Origin: Candidatus Nitrospira inopinata
Lineage (GTDB): Bacteria; Nitrospirota; Nitrospiria; Nitrospirales; Nitrospiraceae
Direction: 5' to 3'
NCBI RefSeq assembly: GCF_001458695.1
Contig: NZ_LN885086.1
Location: 1,020,001-1,052,000, forward strand
Length of the DNA: 32,000 nucleotides
Shown: positions 15,521 through 24,012 of the stretch, in pieces
Numbering within the stretch: the stretch's first letter is position 1
Layout: each line of letters begins with the position of its first letter
Made by a program: the position numbers and the translations under genes
The notes under the pieces: generated by a model
Databases searched by the model: none
What the model was told of the DNA's origin: nothing
Seen by the model: the letters and a program-made list of their open reading frames with translations, nothing else

Positions 15521-17346
15521 TCGGTCGCCTCCTTCTTGGATACCTGACGAACTTCGGCCAACTCGGCGCCGAAGATCTCGATCGCCTGCTTGATCACGGG
15601 ATTGGCCCGGGCTCGCTCAAAGAGCACCAGTCGTTGATCCTGTTCTTTGGCCGCCCGTATTTGGGCCATGGTCGGGCCCGGCGGATCGGTGTCCGCGAGT
15701 TCGATGATTCGGATCCGGACCGGACGCCCCGCTTGTTGCTCGCACAATTGGGTCAGCGCGCGCATGTTCTCTTCCTTCTCCAGTCTGGTTCGCGCCAGGC
15801 CGTTGTGTTTTGCAAATCCGATCGTCACGGCTCCGTCTTTTATTCCGAGGTACCGGCCGACCTCCAGAAACGGCGCGATATTGGGAAAGGAAGCGGCGAC
15901 TTCTTCCTGGACCGCTTCCCAATTGAGTTGCCGAGGATCGTCACCCGTCGGAGAAGCGGGAACCGAAACGGCGCTCTCCGCTTCTTGGGCGCGCGGCTGA
16001 TCGAGCTGCCGCGGAGGGATTCGTCCTTGAGGCGGCGGGGACTGCCCCGTGGTGGTTGTCGCGGTGGTCGTCAATGAGCGACCGGAAGAAGCGGTCGAGC
16101 CGGTGTGGGGAGGAGGGACGGGAGAAAGATCCGATGCCGGGGTCGAGGATCTGTCCGATGAGACGGGGGGAGGGCCTGAAGGAATGGACGGCTTCCGCTC
16201 GGCCGGCACGGACGATGTCCGAGAGGAAGGAACAACGTCGGCGGGTCGATTCAACGACCGGATTGCGCGAATAGCCGCCGCTTCCATGACGAACCGAGGA
16301 TGAGCGCTCAACCGAAGGGATTCTTCCGTGTGAATGAAGATCGTCAACAGTCCCTGCAACTCGTCGGGCGTCAGGGTCTTAGCGTCCTCGGTCAACTGCC
16401 GAACGTCTTCGTGAGAGGCGTCGATAAGGCTCTCGAGCTGGGTTGACGTCGGGACGACGGACGCCACAAGAAGATTGCGCACCTGCTCGACGATCTCGGC
16501 GCAGAACGTTCGGAGATCGTGTCCCTGGTCGAGCAGAGACGCCAACGTGCCGAGCGCCGCGGGGCCGTTTCGAGCCAACACCGCCTTGATGAACTCCTGC
16601 ACCAATTCGTGCGGGACCGCGCCCAGCAAAAGTTCAAGGTCCTGATGGCGGATCGTCTTCCCTCCAAAGGAGACCGCTTGATCGAGCAGGCTGAGGGCGT
16701 CCCGCATGCTCCCTTCACTGGCGCGGGCTAACGCGAGGAGGCTGCGGTCCTCGATCGTCAACCGCTCTTCTTGGGCGACATGACGAAGCCGTTCGACAAG
16801 CTCGGCCCGCGCGATGCGGCGAAAATTGTAGTGCTGGCAGCGCGAGAGAATCGTCGCGGGAATTTTGTGAATTTCCGTCGTCGCGAAGATGAAGACGACG
16901 TGAGCGGGCGGCTCTTCAAGCGTTTTGAGCAGAGCGTTGAACGCCGAGTTGGAGAGCATGTGCACTTCATCGATGATGTAGACCCGATACCGACCGCGGA
17001 AGGGCATGAATTTGATGTTCTCTCGAATCTCCCGCACGTCGTCCACGCTGGTGTTGGACGCCCCGTCAATCTCCACGACGTCGGCGGAACTTCCCTGGGC
17101 GATCTCGAGACAATTCGCGCAGCGATTGCAAGGCTGGCCCGTGGGGCCTTGCTCGCAGTTCAAGGCCTTCGCCAGGATGCGAGCGACGGTGGTTTTTCCG
17201 ACGCCCCGAGTCCCGGAAAACAGGTATGCGTGGGCGATGCGCTTGGTCGAGATCGCGTTCAAGAGCGTCTGAACGATGTGTGGCTGGCCGATCACATCAG
17301 CAAACGTGCCGGGGCGGTATTTACGGGCGGAGACCTGGTAATCCAT
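15517..17346 (-). CDS. dnaX: DNA polymerase III subunit gamma/tau
   Basis: The translation contains YRPGTFADVIGQPHIVQTL..HAYLFSGTRGVGKTTVARILAKALNC, a zinc module C-x8-C-x2-C-x2-C, and YIIDEVHMLS. A Pro/Ser/Thr-rich linker and a tau C-terminal region follow. Confidence 0.95.
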   Translation of the reverse strand: MDYQVSARKYRPGTFADVIGQPHIVQTLLNAISTKRIAHAYLFSGTRGVGKTTVARILAKALNCEQGPTGQPCNRCANCLEIAQGSSADVVEIDGASNTSVDDVREIRENIKFMPFRGRYRVYIIDEVHMLSNSAFNALLKTLEEPPAHVVFIFATTEIHKIPATILSRCQHYNFRRIARAELVERLRHVAQEERLTIEDRSLLALARASEGSMRDALSLLDQAVSFGGKTIRHQDLELLLGAVPHELVQEFIKAVLARNGPAALGTLASLLDQGHDLRTFCAEIVEQVRNLLVASVVPTSTQLESLIDASHEDVRQLTEDAKTLTPDELQGLLTIFIHTEESLRLSAHPRFVMEAAAIRAIRSLNRPADVVPSSRTSSVPAERKPSIPSGPPPVSSDRSSTPASDLSPVPPPHTGSTASSGRSLTTTATTTTGQSPPPQGRIPPRQLDQPRAQEAESAVSVPASPTGDDPRQLNWEAVQEEVAASFPNIAPFLEVGRYLGIKDGAVTIGFAKHNGLARTRLEKEENMRALTQLCEQQAGRPVRIRIIELADTDPPGPTMAQIRAAKEQDQRLVLFERARANPVIKQAIEIFGAELAEVRQVSKKEATE

Positions 17347-17443
17347 AAAAGCCGTCAGCCGTGAGGGGCGAGGGGTCCGTGCAGAACACGTTGAATCCCA
17401 GCGTCACCTGGTCACCTCACGTTTCACTCCTTACGTCTTCAAT

Positions 17444-17548
17444 GCGGGGCCAGGTGATCCTGCGGCACCCAGAACTGACCGCTTACCGTTGCTTCCTTCC
17501 GGACCTGGCGGGGTTCACAGGGTTCTGTCGCACAGGGCCCGGCCCCTT
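17444..17548 (-). ncRNA. ffs: Signal recognition particle RNA (small 4.5S-type); ends approximate
   Basis: The minus strand contains the conserved domain IV sequence CCAGGTCCGGAAGGAAGCAAC (comp. of 17489-17509) with a GGAA tetraloop. The flanks GGGGCC (5') and GGCCCC (3') pair to close a long helix. Its position directly upstream of dnaX-ybaB-recR is a widely conserved arrangement. Confidence 0.8.
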
Positions 17549-17752
17549 TCCACGTGACCAATAGGCGATCAAGGTTATTGTATTCGCCCGCGATCAATTC
17601 CATATGTATGTACGTCCGATACACGAGCTAGAGTGGGCGGAGACAGGGAGAACACCTCCATCGGTACGGTTTGAAAACCATACCTCCCACGCGGTTATGG
17701 TTTTGAAGCCAGTCGCCTCAATCGCGAGGCTTCGGATCGAGCAAGCTGTGTT

Positions 17753-17842
<90 letters not shown>

Positions 17843-17870
17843 GCAGCGAGGCATGCTATAAGAGAGCGGC

Positions 17871-17899
17871 ATCTTAACATGCACTCCACCGGGCGGCAA
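17871..17899 (-). promoter_or_regulatory. Candidate promoter of tRNA-Ser
   Basis: On the minus strand: TTGCCG (comp. 17894-17899), a 17-nt spacer, then TAAGAT (comp. 17871-17876), about 28 nt upstream of the tRNA 5' end. Confidence 0.3.
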
Positions 17900-18128
17900 G
17901 GTGAGGGAAGGAGCCGTTCGGCGAATCAATTCATCATCAAGAAAAGAACGTCAAGAACGCCGGAGAAACTCTGTCGGTCTGGCGACTCCGAAGCGGGCCG
18001 CATGGCGCCGAAATCACCCGATCGTATGGGTTGACACTCGGACGCATCCAACGGTACAAAAGCTGTACAATGTCGCGGATTTTTGCGATTCAAGAGGGGG
18101 AACCCGTTCTGCAGGAAGGCCGACGTGT

Positions 18129-18211
18129 GCGAGAGTGGCGGAACTGGCAGACGCGCGAGACTTAGGATCTCGTGGGCAACCGTGGGGGTTCAAGTCCCCC
18201 CTCTCGCACCA
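18129..18211 (+). tRNA. tRNA-Leu (anticodon TAG), long variable arm, CCA encoded
   Basis: The sequence reads GCGAGAGTGGCGGAACTGGCAGACGCGCGAGA-CTTAGGA-TCTCGTGGGCAACCGTGGGGGTTCAAGTCCCCCCTCTCGCACCA, 83 nt in total. The anticodon loop CTTAGGA gives TAG. Confidence 0.95.
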
Positions 18212-18276
18212 TGGGGTTTTAGGGGGCTTCGAGAGCGGTTGCCAAGAAGTCCTAACAACCGAAAGAAGTTGCGGAG

Positions 18277-19602
18277 ATGACATCGATGAAAATGGAGATG
18301 ACCGAATTAGGCCCCATGAAACGGGCCTTGAAGATCGAAGTGCCGGCCGAGGAGGTCGCGCAACGATTCTCTCGGGCCTATGGGGAACTGAACCGCCAGG
18401 TTCACATTCCGGGATTCCGGGCCGGCAAGGCTCCGTTGGCTCTTTTGGAAAAGCGATTTGCCAAAACGGTCGAAGAAAACGTGCTGAGAAACCTCGTCCC
18501 GGATTTTTACGATCGAGCAATCAAGGAGGCGGGGATCAGTCCCGTGACCGTGGAAATTTCGTCCCTCGACCGTACCACAATTAAAAAGGACGCCCCCTTT
18601 ACCTTTACGGCTACCGTTGAAATCAAACCGAAATTCGAAGTGCATGGCTATAAGGCTCCCGATCCCATTGTGCTCAAACAAGACAAGCGAACGGTCACGG
18701 ACGAGCAAGTGGATCGAGCCCTCGATGTCCTGCGCGAGCAACAGGCCCGATTGGAGGGCGCGCCTGCGGGGACCCCGTTGGCGGAAGGCGACTACGCCGT
18801 GGTTTCTCTGGAGGGGTTTTTAGAAGGCGAAGCGCTTGAAGGCACGAAGAAAGAAAACCACCTCCACAAAGTGGGCTCGAAGGCCTCCGTGCTCGGGATC
18901 GATATCGATACTCATCTCATGGGAAAAAGTGAGGGAGCCGTCGTCGAGATTGCCCAGCCGTACCCGGCCAGCCACCCGGATGCCCGTGTCGCCGGGAAGA
19001 CCGTCACCTTCCGCTTATGCGTCAACACAATCAAGCAAAAAAACCTTCCAGCCCTTGACGACGAGTTTGCCAAAGATTGCGGGCCGTACGCCTCGCTTCA
19101 AGAGCTGAAAGACACGTTGCGCCGCGAGATGGAGCGGGCTCTCAAAAAGGAGATCGAAGAATCGCAGAAGGAGACGATCCTCTCCCATTTGGCGAACACC
19201 TATCACTTTGACCTTCCCGAGTCGTTGGTGGAGCGGGAGCTTGATACACTTGTTCGGCAGAAGATCCAGGAGCGGCAACGGGGTCAGGGCGGCGATGCGG
19301 CCCATCGAGTCGATGAAGATGAGCGTCGGCAGATCCGTGAGACTTATCGTGAGACGGCCAAACGCCGCGTGAAAGTCGGGTTGATCCTTGAAGCCATCGC
19401 GGAAAAAGAAGGTCTGTCCGTCACGGAGGAAGACCTAAACAACGAGGTGAGCCGATTGGCCGCGGAGCTTCGATTGCCCTTGGCCGACTTGGTGAAGATG
19501 ATTCAAGCGGGCGGGCAGGAATCGATCGAAAAGTTGCGCACGAAGGTGTTGGGGGACAAGGCGTTGGATTTCGTCTATCGCCAGGCGGTCATTCAAGGGT
19601 AA
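18277..19602 (+). CDS. tig: Trigger factor (ribosome-associated PPIase chaperone)
   Basis: The N-terminal ribosome-binding signature is present (GFRAGKAPLALLEKRF) along with the overall TF domain layout. The gene lies upstream of clpP-clpX. The start could instead be ATG 18286, which has GGAG 9 nt upstream. Confidence 0.9.
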   Translation: MTSMKMEMTELGPMKRALKIEVPAEEVAQRFSRAYGELNRQVHIPGFRAGKAPLALLEKRFAKTVEENVLRNLVPDFYDRAIKEAGISPVTVEISSLDRTTIKKDAPFTFTATVEIKPKFEVHGYKAPDPIVLKQDKRTVTDEQVDRALDVLREQQARLEGAPAGTPLAEGDYAVVSLEGFLEGEALEGTKKENHLHKVGSKASVLGIDIDTHLMGKSEGAVVEIAQPYPASHPDARVAGKTVTFRLCVNTIKQKNLPALDDEFAKDCGPYASLQELKDTLRREMERALKKEIEESQKETILSHLANTYHFDLPESLVERELDTLVRQKIQERQRGQGGDAAHRVDEDERRQIRETYRETAKRRVKVGLILEAIAEKEGLSVTEEDLNNEVSRLAAELRLPLADLVKMIQAGGQESIEKLRTKVLGDKALDFVYRQAVIQG

Positions 19603-19660
19603 GACGGGACGGGCGCGCCGGGTGGCGTGACGCCGGGTCCCGTTACGGAAAGGATAGGAC

Positions 19661-20293
19661 ATGTTGGTTCCCATTGTCGTTGAACAAACCAATCGAGGCG
19701 AACGGGCCTATGACATCTATTCACGGCTGTTGAAAGACCGTATTATTTTTCTCGGCGCGCCCATCGACGATGTCTTCGCCAATCTGGTCATTGCGCAACT
19801 TCTTTTCTTGGAGGCGGAAGATCCCGAAAAAGACATCAACCTCTACATCAATTCGCCGGGAGGGAGCGTGACCGCCGGTCTGGGCATCTACGATACGATG
19901 CAATACGTGAAGCCGCCGATCAACACGATTTGCCTCGGCCAGGCCGCCAGCATGGGCGCGTTGTTGTTGACCGCCGGCACGAAAGGCAAGCGATTTGCGT
20001 TGCCCAATGCCCGCGTGATGATTCACCAGCCGCTGGGCGGCTTTCAGGGGCAGGCGACGGAAATCGACATCCATGCCAAGGAGATTTTGAAGATCCGCGA
20101 CCGTCTCAATGAGATCATGGCCAAACATACCGGCCAGCCCATCGAGAAAATCGCCCACGACACCGAACGTGATTACTTCATGTCCGGCGAAGAGGCCAAG
20201 CGGTACGGCATTATCGACGAAGTCATCACCAGGCCGCCGAAAACGGCCAAACTGCCCGAGTCTGCCGGAAAGGACGAGGCCAAGAGCAAGTAA
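19661..20293 (+). CDS. clpP: ATP-dependent Clp protease proteolytic subunit
   Basis: The translation contains [51 protein letters not shown], which carries the Ser-His-Asp catalytic-triad context. Confidence 0.95.
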   Translation: MLVPIVVEQTNRGERAYDIYSRLLKDRIIFLGAPIDDVFANLVIAQLLFLEAEDPEKDINLYINSPGGSVTAGLGIYDTMQYVKPPINTICLGQAASMGALLLTAGTKGKRFALPNARVMIHQPLGGFQGQATEIDIHAKEILKIRDRLNEIMAKHTGQPIEKIAHDTERDYFMSGEEAKRYGIIDEVITRPPKTAKLPESAGKDEAKSK

Positions 20294-20307
20294 CAGGCGG
20301 GGGGAAC

Positions 20308-21564
20308 ATGGCCAAACAAGAAAAGATGGATCGGCATTTGCGGTGTTCATTCTGCGGGAAGAGCCGTGACGAAGTCCGCAAGCTCATCGCCGGGCCGGCG
20401 GTCTACATCTGTGATGAGTGCGTTAACCTGTGCAACGACATCATCGCCGAAGATTGGGAGGAAGCCAAGGAAGAGATTTCCTCCAGGCTCAAAAAGCCGG
20501 CGGAAATCAAATATCACCTGGATCAGTACGTCGTCGGCCAGGAGCGCGCCAAGCGGATTTTAGCCGTGGCGGTGCACAACCATTACAAGCGGATCTCGTC
20601 CAAAGAAAAAGAGGTTGACGACATCGAGCTTCAGAAAGGCAACATCCTCATGGTCGGGCCCACGGGAACCGGCAAGACCCTGTTGGCTCAGACCCTTGCC
20701 AAGTTCCTGGACGTGCCGTTTACGTTGGCCGATGCGACCACGCTGACCGAAGCCGGCTACGTGGGCGAAGACGTCGAAAACATCATTCTCAAGCTGCTTC
20801 AAGCGGCCGATTACGACGTGGAGCGGGCGGAGCGCGGCATCGTCTACATCGATGAAATCGACAAGATCAGCAGAAAAAGCGACAGCCCGTCGATCACACG
20901 GGACGTGTCCGGAGAGGGGGTTCAGCAGGCGTTGCTCAAGCTCATCGAGGGAACGGTCGCCAACGTGCCGCCGCAAGGGGGGCGAAAACATCCTCACCAG
21001 GAATTCATCCAGGTCAATACGAGCAACATCCTGTTCATTTGCGGCGGCGCGTTCGTCGGGTTGGAGCACATCATCGAGCAGCGGCTCAATCGGAAGGCCA
21101 TGGGATTCGGAGCCGACGTGCGCGGACGGCACGACGTCCGATTGGGCGATTTGCTCGCCAAGGTGCAGCCGGAGGACCTTCTGAAATACGGCCTGATTCC
21201 TGAATTCGTGGGGAGATTGCCGGTCGTGGCGACGCTGGAGGAATTGGACGAGCGGGCGATGATTCGGATTCTCACCGAGCCCCGAAACGCCTTGACCAAG
21301 CAATATGAAAAACTGCTGTCCTTTGAAAAGGTCAAGCTCCGGTTCACGGAGGGAGCGCTGGGAGCCGTTGCCAGAAAAGCGTACGCTCAAAAAACCGGCG
21401 CCCGAGGGCTGCGTGCCATCTTGGAAGAGGTGATGTTGGACGTCATGTACGACGCTCCGTCCCAAAAACAAATCAAAGAAGTGGTCATCACCGAAGATGC
21501 GATTACCGGCAAGAATCCTCCCATTCGCATCTTCGAACAGGATATCGACGCCAAGAGCGCGTGA
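20308..21564 (+). CDS. clpX: ATP-dependent Clp protease ATP-binding subunit ClpX
   Basis: The N-terminal zinc-binding domain reads [27 protein letters not shown]. Walker A is [15 protein letters not shown]. The translation also contains [10 protein letters not shown] and a GYVG pore loop. Confidence 0.95.
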   Translation: MAKQEKMDRHLRCSFCGKSRDEVRKLIAGPAVYICDECVNLCNDIIAEDWEEAKEEISSRLKKPAEIKYHLDQYVVGQERAKRILAVAVHNHYKRISSKEKEVDDIELQKGNILMVGPTGTGKTLLAQTLAKFLDVPFTLADATTLTEAGYVGEDVENIILKLLQAADYDVERAERGIVYIDEIDKISRKSDSPSITRDVSGEGVQQALLKLIEGTVANVPPQGGRKHPHQEFIQVNTSNILFICGGAFVGLEHIIEQRLNRKAMGFGADVRGRHDVRLGDLLAKVQPEDLLKYGLIPEFVGRLPVVATLEELDERAMIRILTEPRNALTKQYEKLLSFEKVKLRFTEGALGAVARKAYAQKTGARGLRAILEEVMLDVMYDAPSQKQIKEVVITEDAITGKNPPIRIFEQDIDAKSA

Positions 21565-21577
21565 TCCGTTCCGGAGA

Positions 21578-21598
21578 GCGGGCGGATGACCCGCCCGC
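21578..21598 (+). terminator. GC hairpin 14 nt after the clpX stop (possible terminator; no U-tract)
   Basis: GCGGGCGG (21578-21585) pairs with CCGCCCGC (21591-21598) around a 5-nt loop, ATGAC. Confidence 0.35.
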
Positions 21599-21717
21599 GC
21601 ATTCTGGCCCCCAAGCCCCAGGCCCTCAAGCGGTGCGGGGCGGTCATTTTTTAGCTCGCCGTTCCGGCCCCTTCCTGAACACCCTCCTCCTCCGGGTGGA
21701 GCGTTCGTCTCTTTTCC

Positions 21718-21745
21718 TCGACAAGTGGAAACGTCGCGCTATACT
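21718..21745 (+). promoter_or_regulatory. Candidate promoter of the PilZ-like gene pair; very short leader
   Basis: TCGACA (21718-21723), a 16-nt spacer, then TATACT (21740-21745). ATG 21757 lies 11 nt after the -10, and there is no SD. Confidence 0.4.
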
Positions 21746-21756
21746 GGGTACGACGA

Positions 21757-22320
21757 ATGACGCGAATCAAAGAGAGGGAAGCCGTGAAATACCCGGTTGC
21801 ATCGAGCCTCCGCCATCGAGGGAAAGCGCTTGAGCTGGACGCGGCGCGAGAAATGGTCATTTTGATCGGAAGCAATGGAGAGCCGATCGGCAGTTTGTCC
21901 TGGGACTTTGTGATCGACCAGATCATGGCCTGTCGTAAGATGCCGGTTCAGAGAGAGGTTCGATCGGAGCCTCGTGTCGCGCTGACCTTCCGCGTCCGCT
22001 ATCGCACGCCGGAAGGGCAGCACTTTGAAAGTCGAGCCGGCGGCATCGGCGGAGGCGGGATGTTCATCGAAAGCCTGTCGCCGCTTCCCATCGGAACGAG
22101 ACTGGCCATGGAATTCTCGCTGCCAGACAATCCCGAAGAATGGCTTCCGACAAAGGGGATCGTCGCCTGGATCTGTCCGAAGGCCGATCACTATACCTTC
22201 AGTCCCGGGATGGGAGTGCAGTTTACAGAGATCGCTTCCGAGGTCAGAGAGCGGATTCTTGCCGTGGTGAGCGCCGTACAGAATAAAGGCAAGCAGTCGG
22301 CAGTGCTTCAACCGACGTAA
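21757..22320 (+). CDS. PilZ-like domain protein, paralog 1
   Basis: RSEPRVALTFRVRY (RxxxR) is followed by GGIGGGGMFIES..PLPIGTRLAMEFSLP..GIVAWI..PGMGVQFTEI, the PilZ beta-barrel pattern. There is an N-terminal domain of about 60 aa of unknown type. Confidence 0.75.
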   Translation: MTRIKEREAVKYPVASSLRHRGKALELDAAREMVILIGSNGEPIGSLSWDFVIDQIMACRKMPVQREVRSEPRVALTFRVRYRTPEGQHFESRAGGIGGGGMFIESLSPLPIGTRLAMEFSLPDNPEEWLPTKGIVAWICPKADHYTFSPGMGVQFTEIASEVRERILAVVSAVQNKGKQSAVLQPT

Positions 22321-22342
22321 TACTTGGACGCAACGGGCAACC

Positions 22343-22894
22343 GTGAAATTCTCCGTCACATCCACACCGGGTTACGCAGGCAAGTCCCTGGTCATCGATC
22401 CGGATCGAGAAGTCATCGTCGTGCAGGATACGACGGGCCGAGTGCTGGGCGACGTGCCGTGGGGCGCGGTCATTGAGCGGGTCTTGGCTGATGATGGAAC
22501 CAGGTTCGCCCACTGCCGCGCCTATCCGAGGGCCAATCTCGCGATAAAAGTGCGGTGCACCACATCGGGTGGGCAAACGTTCGAGAGTCTCACGGGCGGC
22601 ATCGGAGGCGGAGGTCTGTTTATCGAGAGCGGCTCGCCCATGGCGGTCGGGTCCGAATTGTCTCTGGAGTTTGCCTTGCCTGATCGGCCTCTTGAGAAAT
22701 TGAGGGCGAAAGCAAGGGTGGTGTGGGTCCGCGATAAAATGGAGCGGTATCTGATGTTTCCGGGAATGGGCGTTCAATTCGTCGAGATCGACAAGCAGGC
22801 TCAGGGTTCCATCGTGAGTCTGGTCGATGCGTTGAATCGAAGCCGGCAGCGTCACGCCGCCGATCCGTCACGTTCCACCCCTTCCTCTTCATAG
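22343..22894 (+). CDS. PilZ-like domain protein, paralog 2
   Basis: RAYPRANLAIKVRC (RxxxR) is followed by GGIGGGGLFIES..PMAVGSELSLEFALP..ARVVWV..PGMGVQFVEI. It is collinear with paralog 1, including the N-terminal domain (LVIDPDREVIVVQDTTGRVLGDVPWGAVIERVLA versus LELDAAREMVILIGSNGEPIGSLSWDFVIDQIMA). It has a GTG start. Confidence 0.75.
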   Translation: MKFSVTSTPGYAGKSLVIDPDREVIVVQDTTGRVLGDVPWGAVIERVLADDGTRFAHCRAYPRANLAIKVRCTTSGGQTFESLTGGIGGGGLFIESGSPMAVGSELSLEFALPDRPLEKLRAKARVVWVRDKMERYLMFPGMGVQFVEIDKQAQGSIVSLVDALNRSRQRHAADPSRSTPSSS

Positions 22895-23090
22895 CCTCGG
22901 AAATCGCTCGCCTGGCGCTCTTTTTCGCAACGATTCAGCCATTCCCCCGGTAACAATATCTACTAAAGGCATCTAATTAGAAAAAGATGCGTTCGGCTGG
23001 ATGCCGAAGGGATCTTCCGAGGCGCGCGTCCGCCTCTTGATTTACGCTTTTTCGTCGATCGAGACAGGGGCCGAACGCAGGCCGGGGAGG

Positions 23091-23888
23091 TCACGAAGAA
23101 CGTGACCGGTCTTCTTGAACGGGAGGAGACTGTCTTGCGGCGTCCAGGGATTGCTGGAGTTCTTTTTGCGCCGCGTCCAATTCGGTTTGAATCGTGCGCG
23201 CGTGGGGAGCGATGCTTTCCCGGACATCAGCCGCCGCCTGTCGGAACGTTCGCACCAGGTCTCCTACGTTTGCGCCCATCTGTTGCATTTCCTGCGGAGA
23301 CACGTGGTCGTCGGCCTTCGTGGCTTTGGCCTTCAAGGCGGCCTGTTGAGCCTGGACGCGGGCGACGGCCTCCTTATTGACGATCGCCGAAGGACGTTTC
23401 ACGGGCTGCCTTGGGCGAGATCCGGCCGGCAGCGGCGGGTACTGCGCGCGAGGCGGAGGAACGGGAGCGGCGGCCCGTTCTTCCATCGAGACCACATGCT
23501 GATCCGGTGCGGTTGAAGGTTGCTGCTCTCGCGGCGAAGCCGTTCTTGGTCGTTGAGAACATTCCGGCTCCGCTTGGTAGAGCATCGAGGCGGTCGTGCC
23601 CGGCGTCATCTCAGGACCGGGAACGGAGGCGGCAAGAGGTCTGGAGACGGGAGGCGGACCGGTATGCGAGGGAGGATCTGCGGCAGCCGGCGTTTGGCTC
23701 TGCTGCGGAGATGTTCCCATTTCAGTCCCACTCGCGTCAGGCGGAGGAGCGTCATGGACTTCCTTCTTGAAGCTCCGCAGAGCTTTCCCGACTCCTTCGC
23801 CGATTTGGGGTAGACGCCCTGCTCCGAAGATGATCAGGATGATCACCAAGATAAGAATGAGCTCGGAAAACCCCATCGTGCCGAACAT
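23091..23888 (-). CDS. TatA/TatB/TatE-family Sec-independent translocase protein with a C-terminal extension of about 220 aa
   Basis: The N-terminus MFGTMGFSELILILVIILIIFGAGRLPQIGEGVGKALRSFKKEV is a canonical TatA TM helix plus hinge and amphipathic helix. An AAGGAG SD lies 5 nt upstream. The remainder is Pro/Ser/Ala-rich, followed by a helical Gln/Ala-rich segment. Confidence 0.75.
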   Translation of the reverse strand: MFGTMGFSELILILVIILIIFGAGRLPQIGEGVGKALRSFKKEVHDAPPPDASGTEMGTSPQQSQTPAAADPPSHTGPPPVSRPLAASVPGPEMTPGTTASMLYQAEPECSQRPRTASPREQQPSTAPDQHVVSMEERAAAPVPPPRAQYPPLPAGSRPRQPVKRPSAIVNKEAVARVQAQQAALKAKATKADDHVSPQEMQQMGANVGDLVRTFRQAAADVRESIAPHARTIQTELDAAQKELQQSLDAARQSPPVQEDRSRSS

Positions 23889-24012
23889 GCCGGCTCCTTT
23901 TGACAGGAGGCAATCGCGGTGCGGGAGAGACCCCCGTTGACTCTAGCCGCCCCATCGAGGAGGTGTCAAGAAAGGAGCAGGTCGGCAAAGCCGGCAGGGT
24001 GGGCCACATCCG

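Noticed and set aside
15517-17346. Programmed -1 frameshift site in dnaX (gamma/tau), as in E. coli
   Set aside because: I found no A-AAA-AAG-type slippery heptamer or long A-run in the coding strand. The only A-rich patch (GGA ATA AAA GAC, near 15835-15846) is close to the C-terminus and is not a slippery motif.
18031-18071. Promoter for tRNA-Leu/tig (TTGACA 18031-18036, 18-nt spacer, TACAAA 18055-18060; also TACAAT 18066-18071)
   Set aside because: The -10 candidates are ambiguous: TACAAA lacks the final T, and TACAAT lacks a matching -35. The implied leader is about 60 nt. I am not confident enough to list it.
17901-18584. ORFs 17901-18584 (plus), 18014-18520 (minus), 17594-17929 (minus) and 12014-12256 (plus) overlapping tRNA genes
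   Set aside because: They run through tRNA-Leu, tRNA-Ser or tRNA-Val and have no coding features. The tRNA cloverleaves are unambiguous.
21600-21650. Possible second terminator after clpX (T-run at 21644-21649)
   Set aside because: The preceding sequence gives only a 5-bp GCCCC/GGGGC stem with a 17-nt loop. It is too weak to report as a feature.
22895-23090. AT-richer patch (about 22950-23000) in the convergent gap between PilZ paralog 2 and the tatA-like gene, considered as a bidirectional terminator or small RNA
   Set aside because: Only weak or alternative short stems are present (GCATC..GATGC, GGCATC..GATGCC) with large loops and no U-tract. Nothing is strong enough to call.
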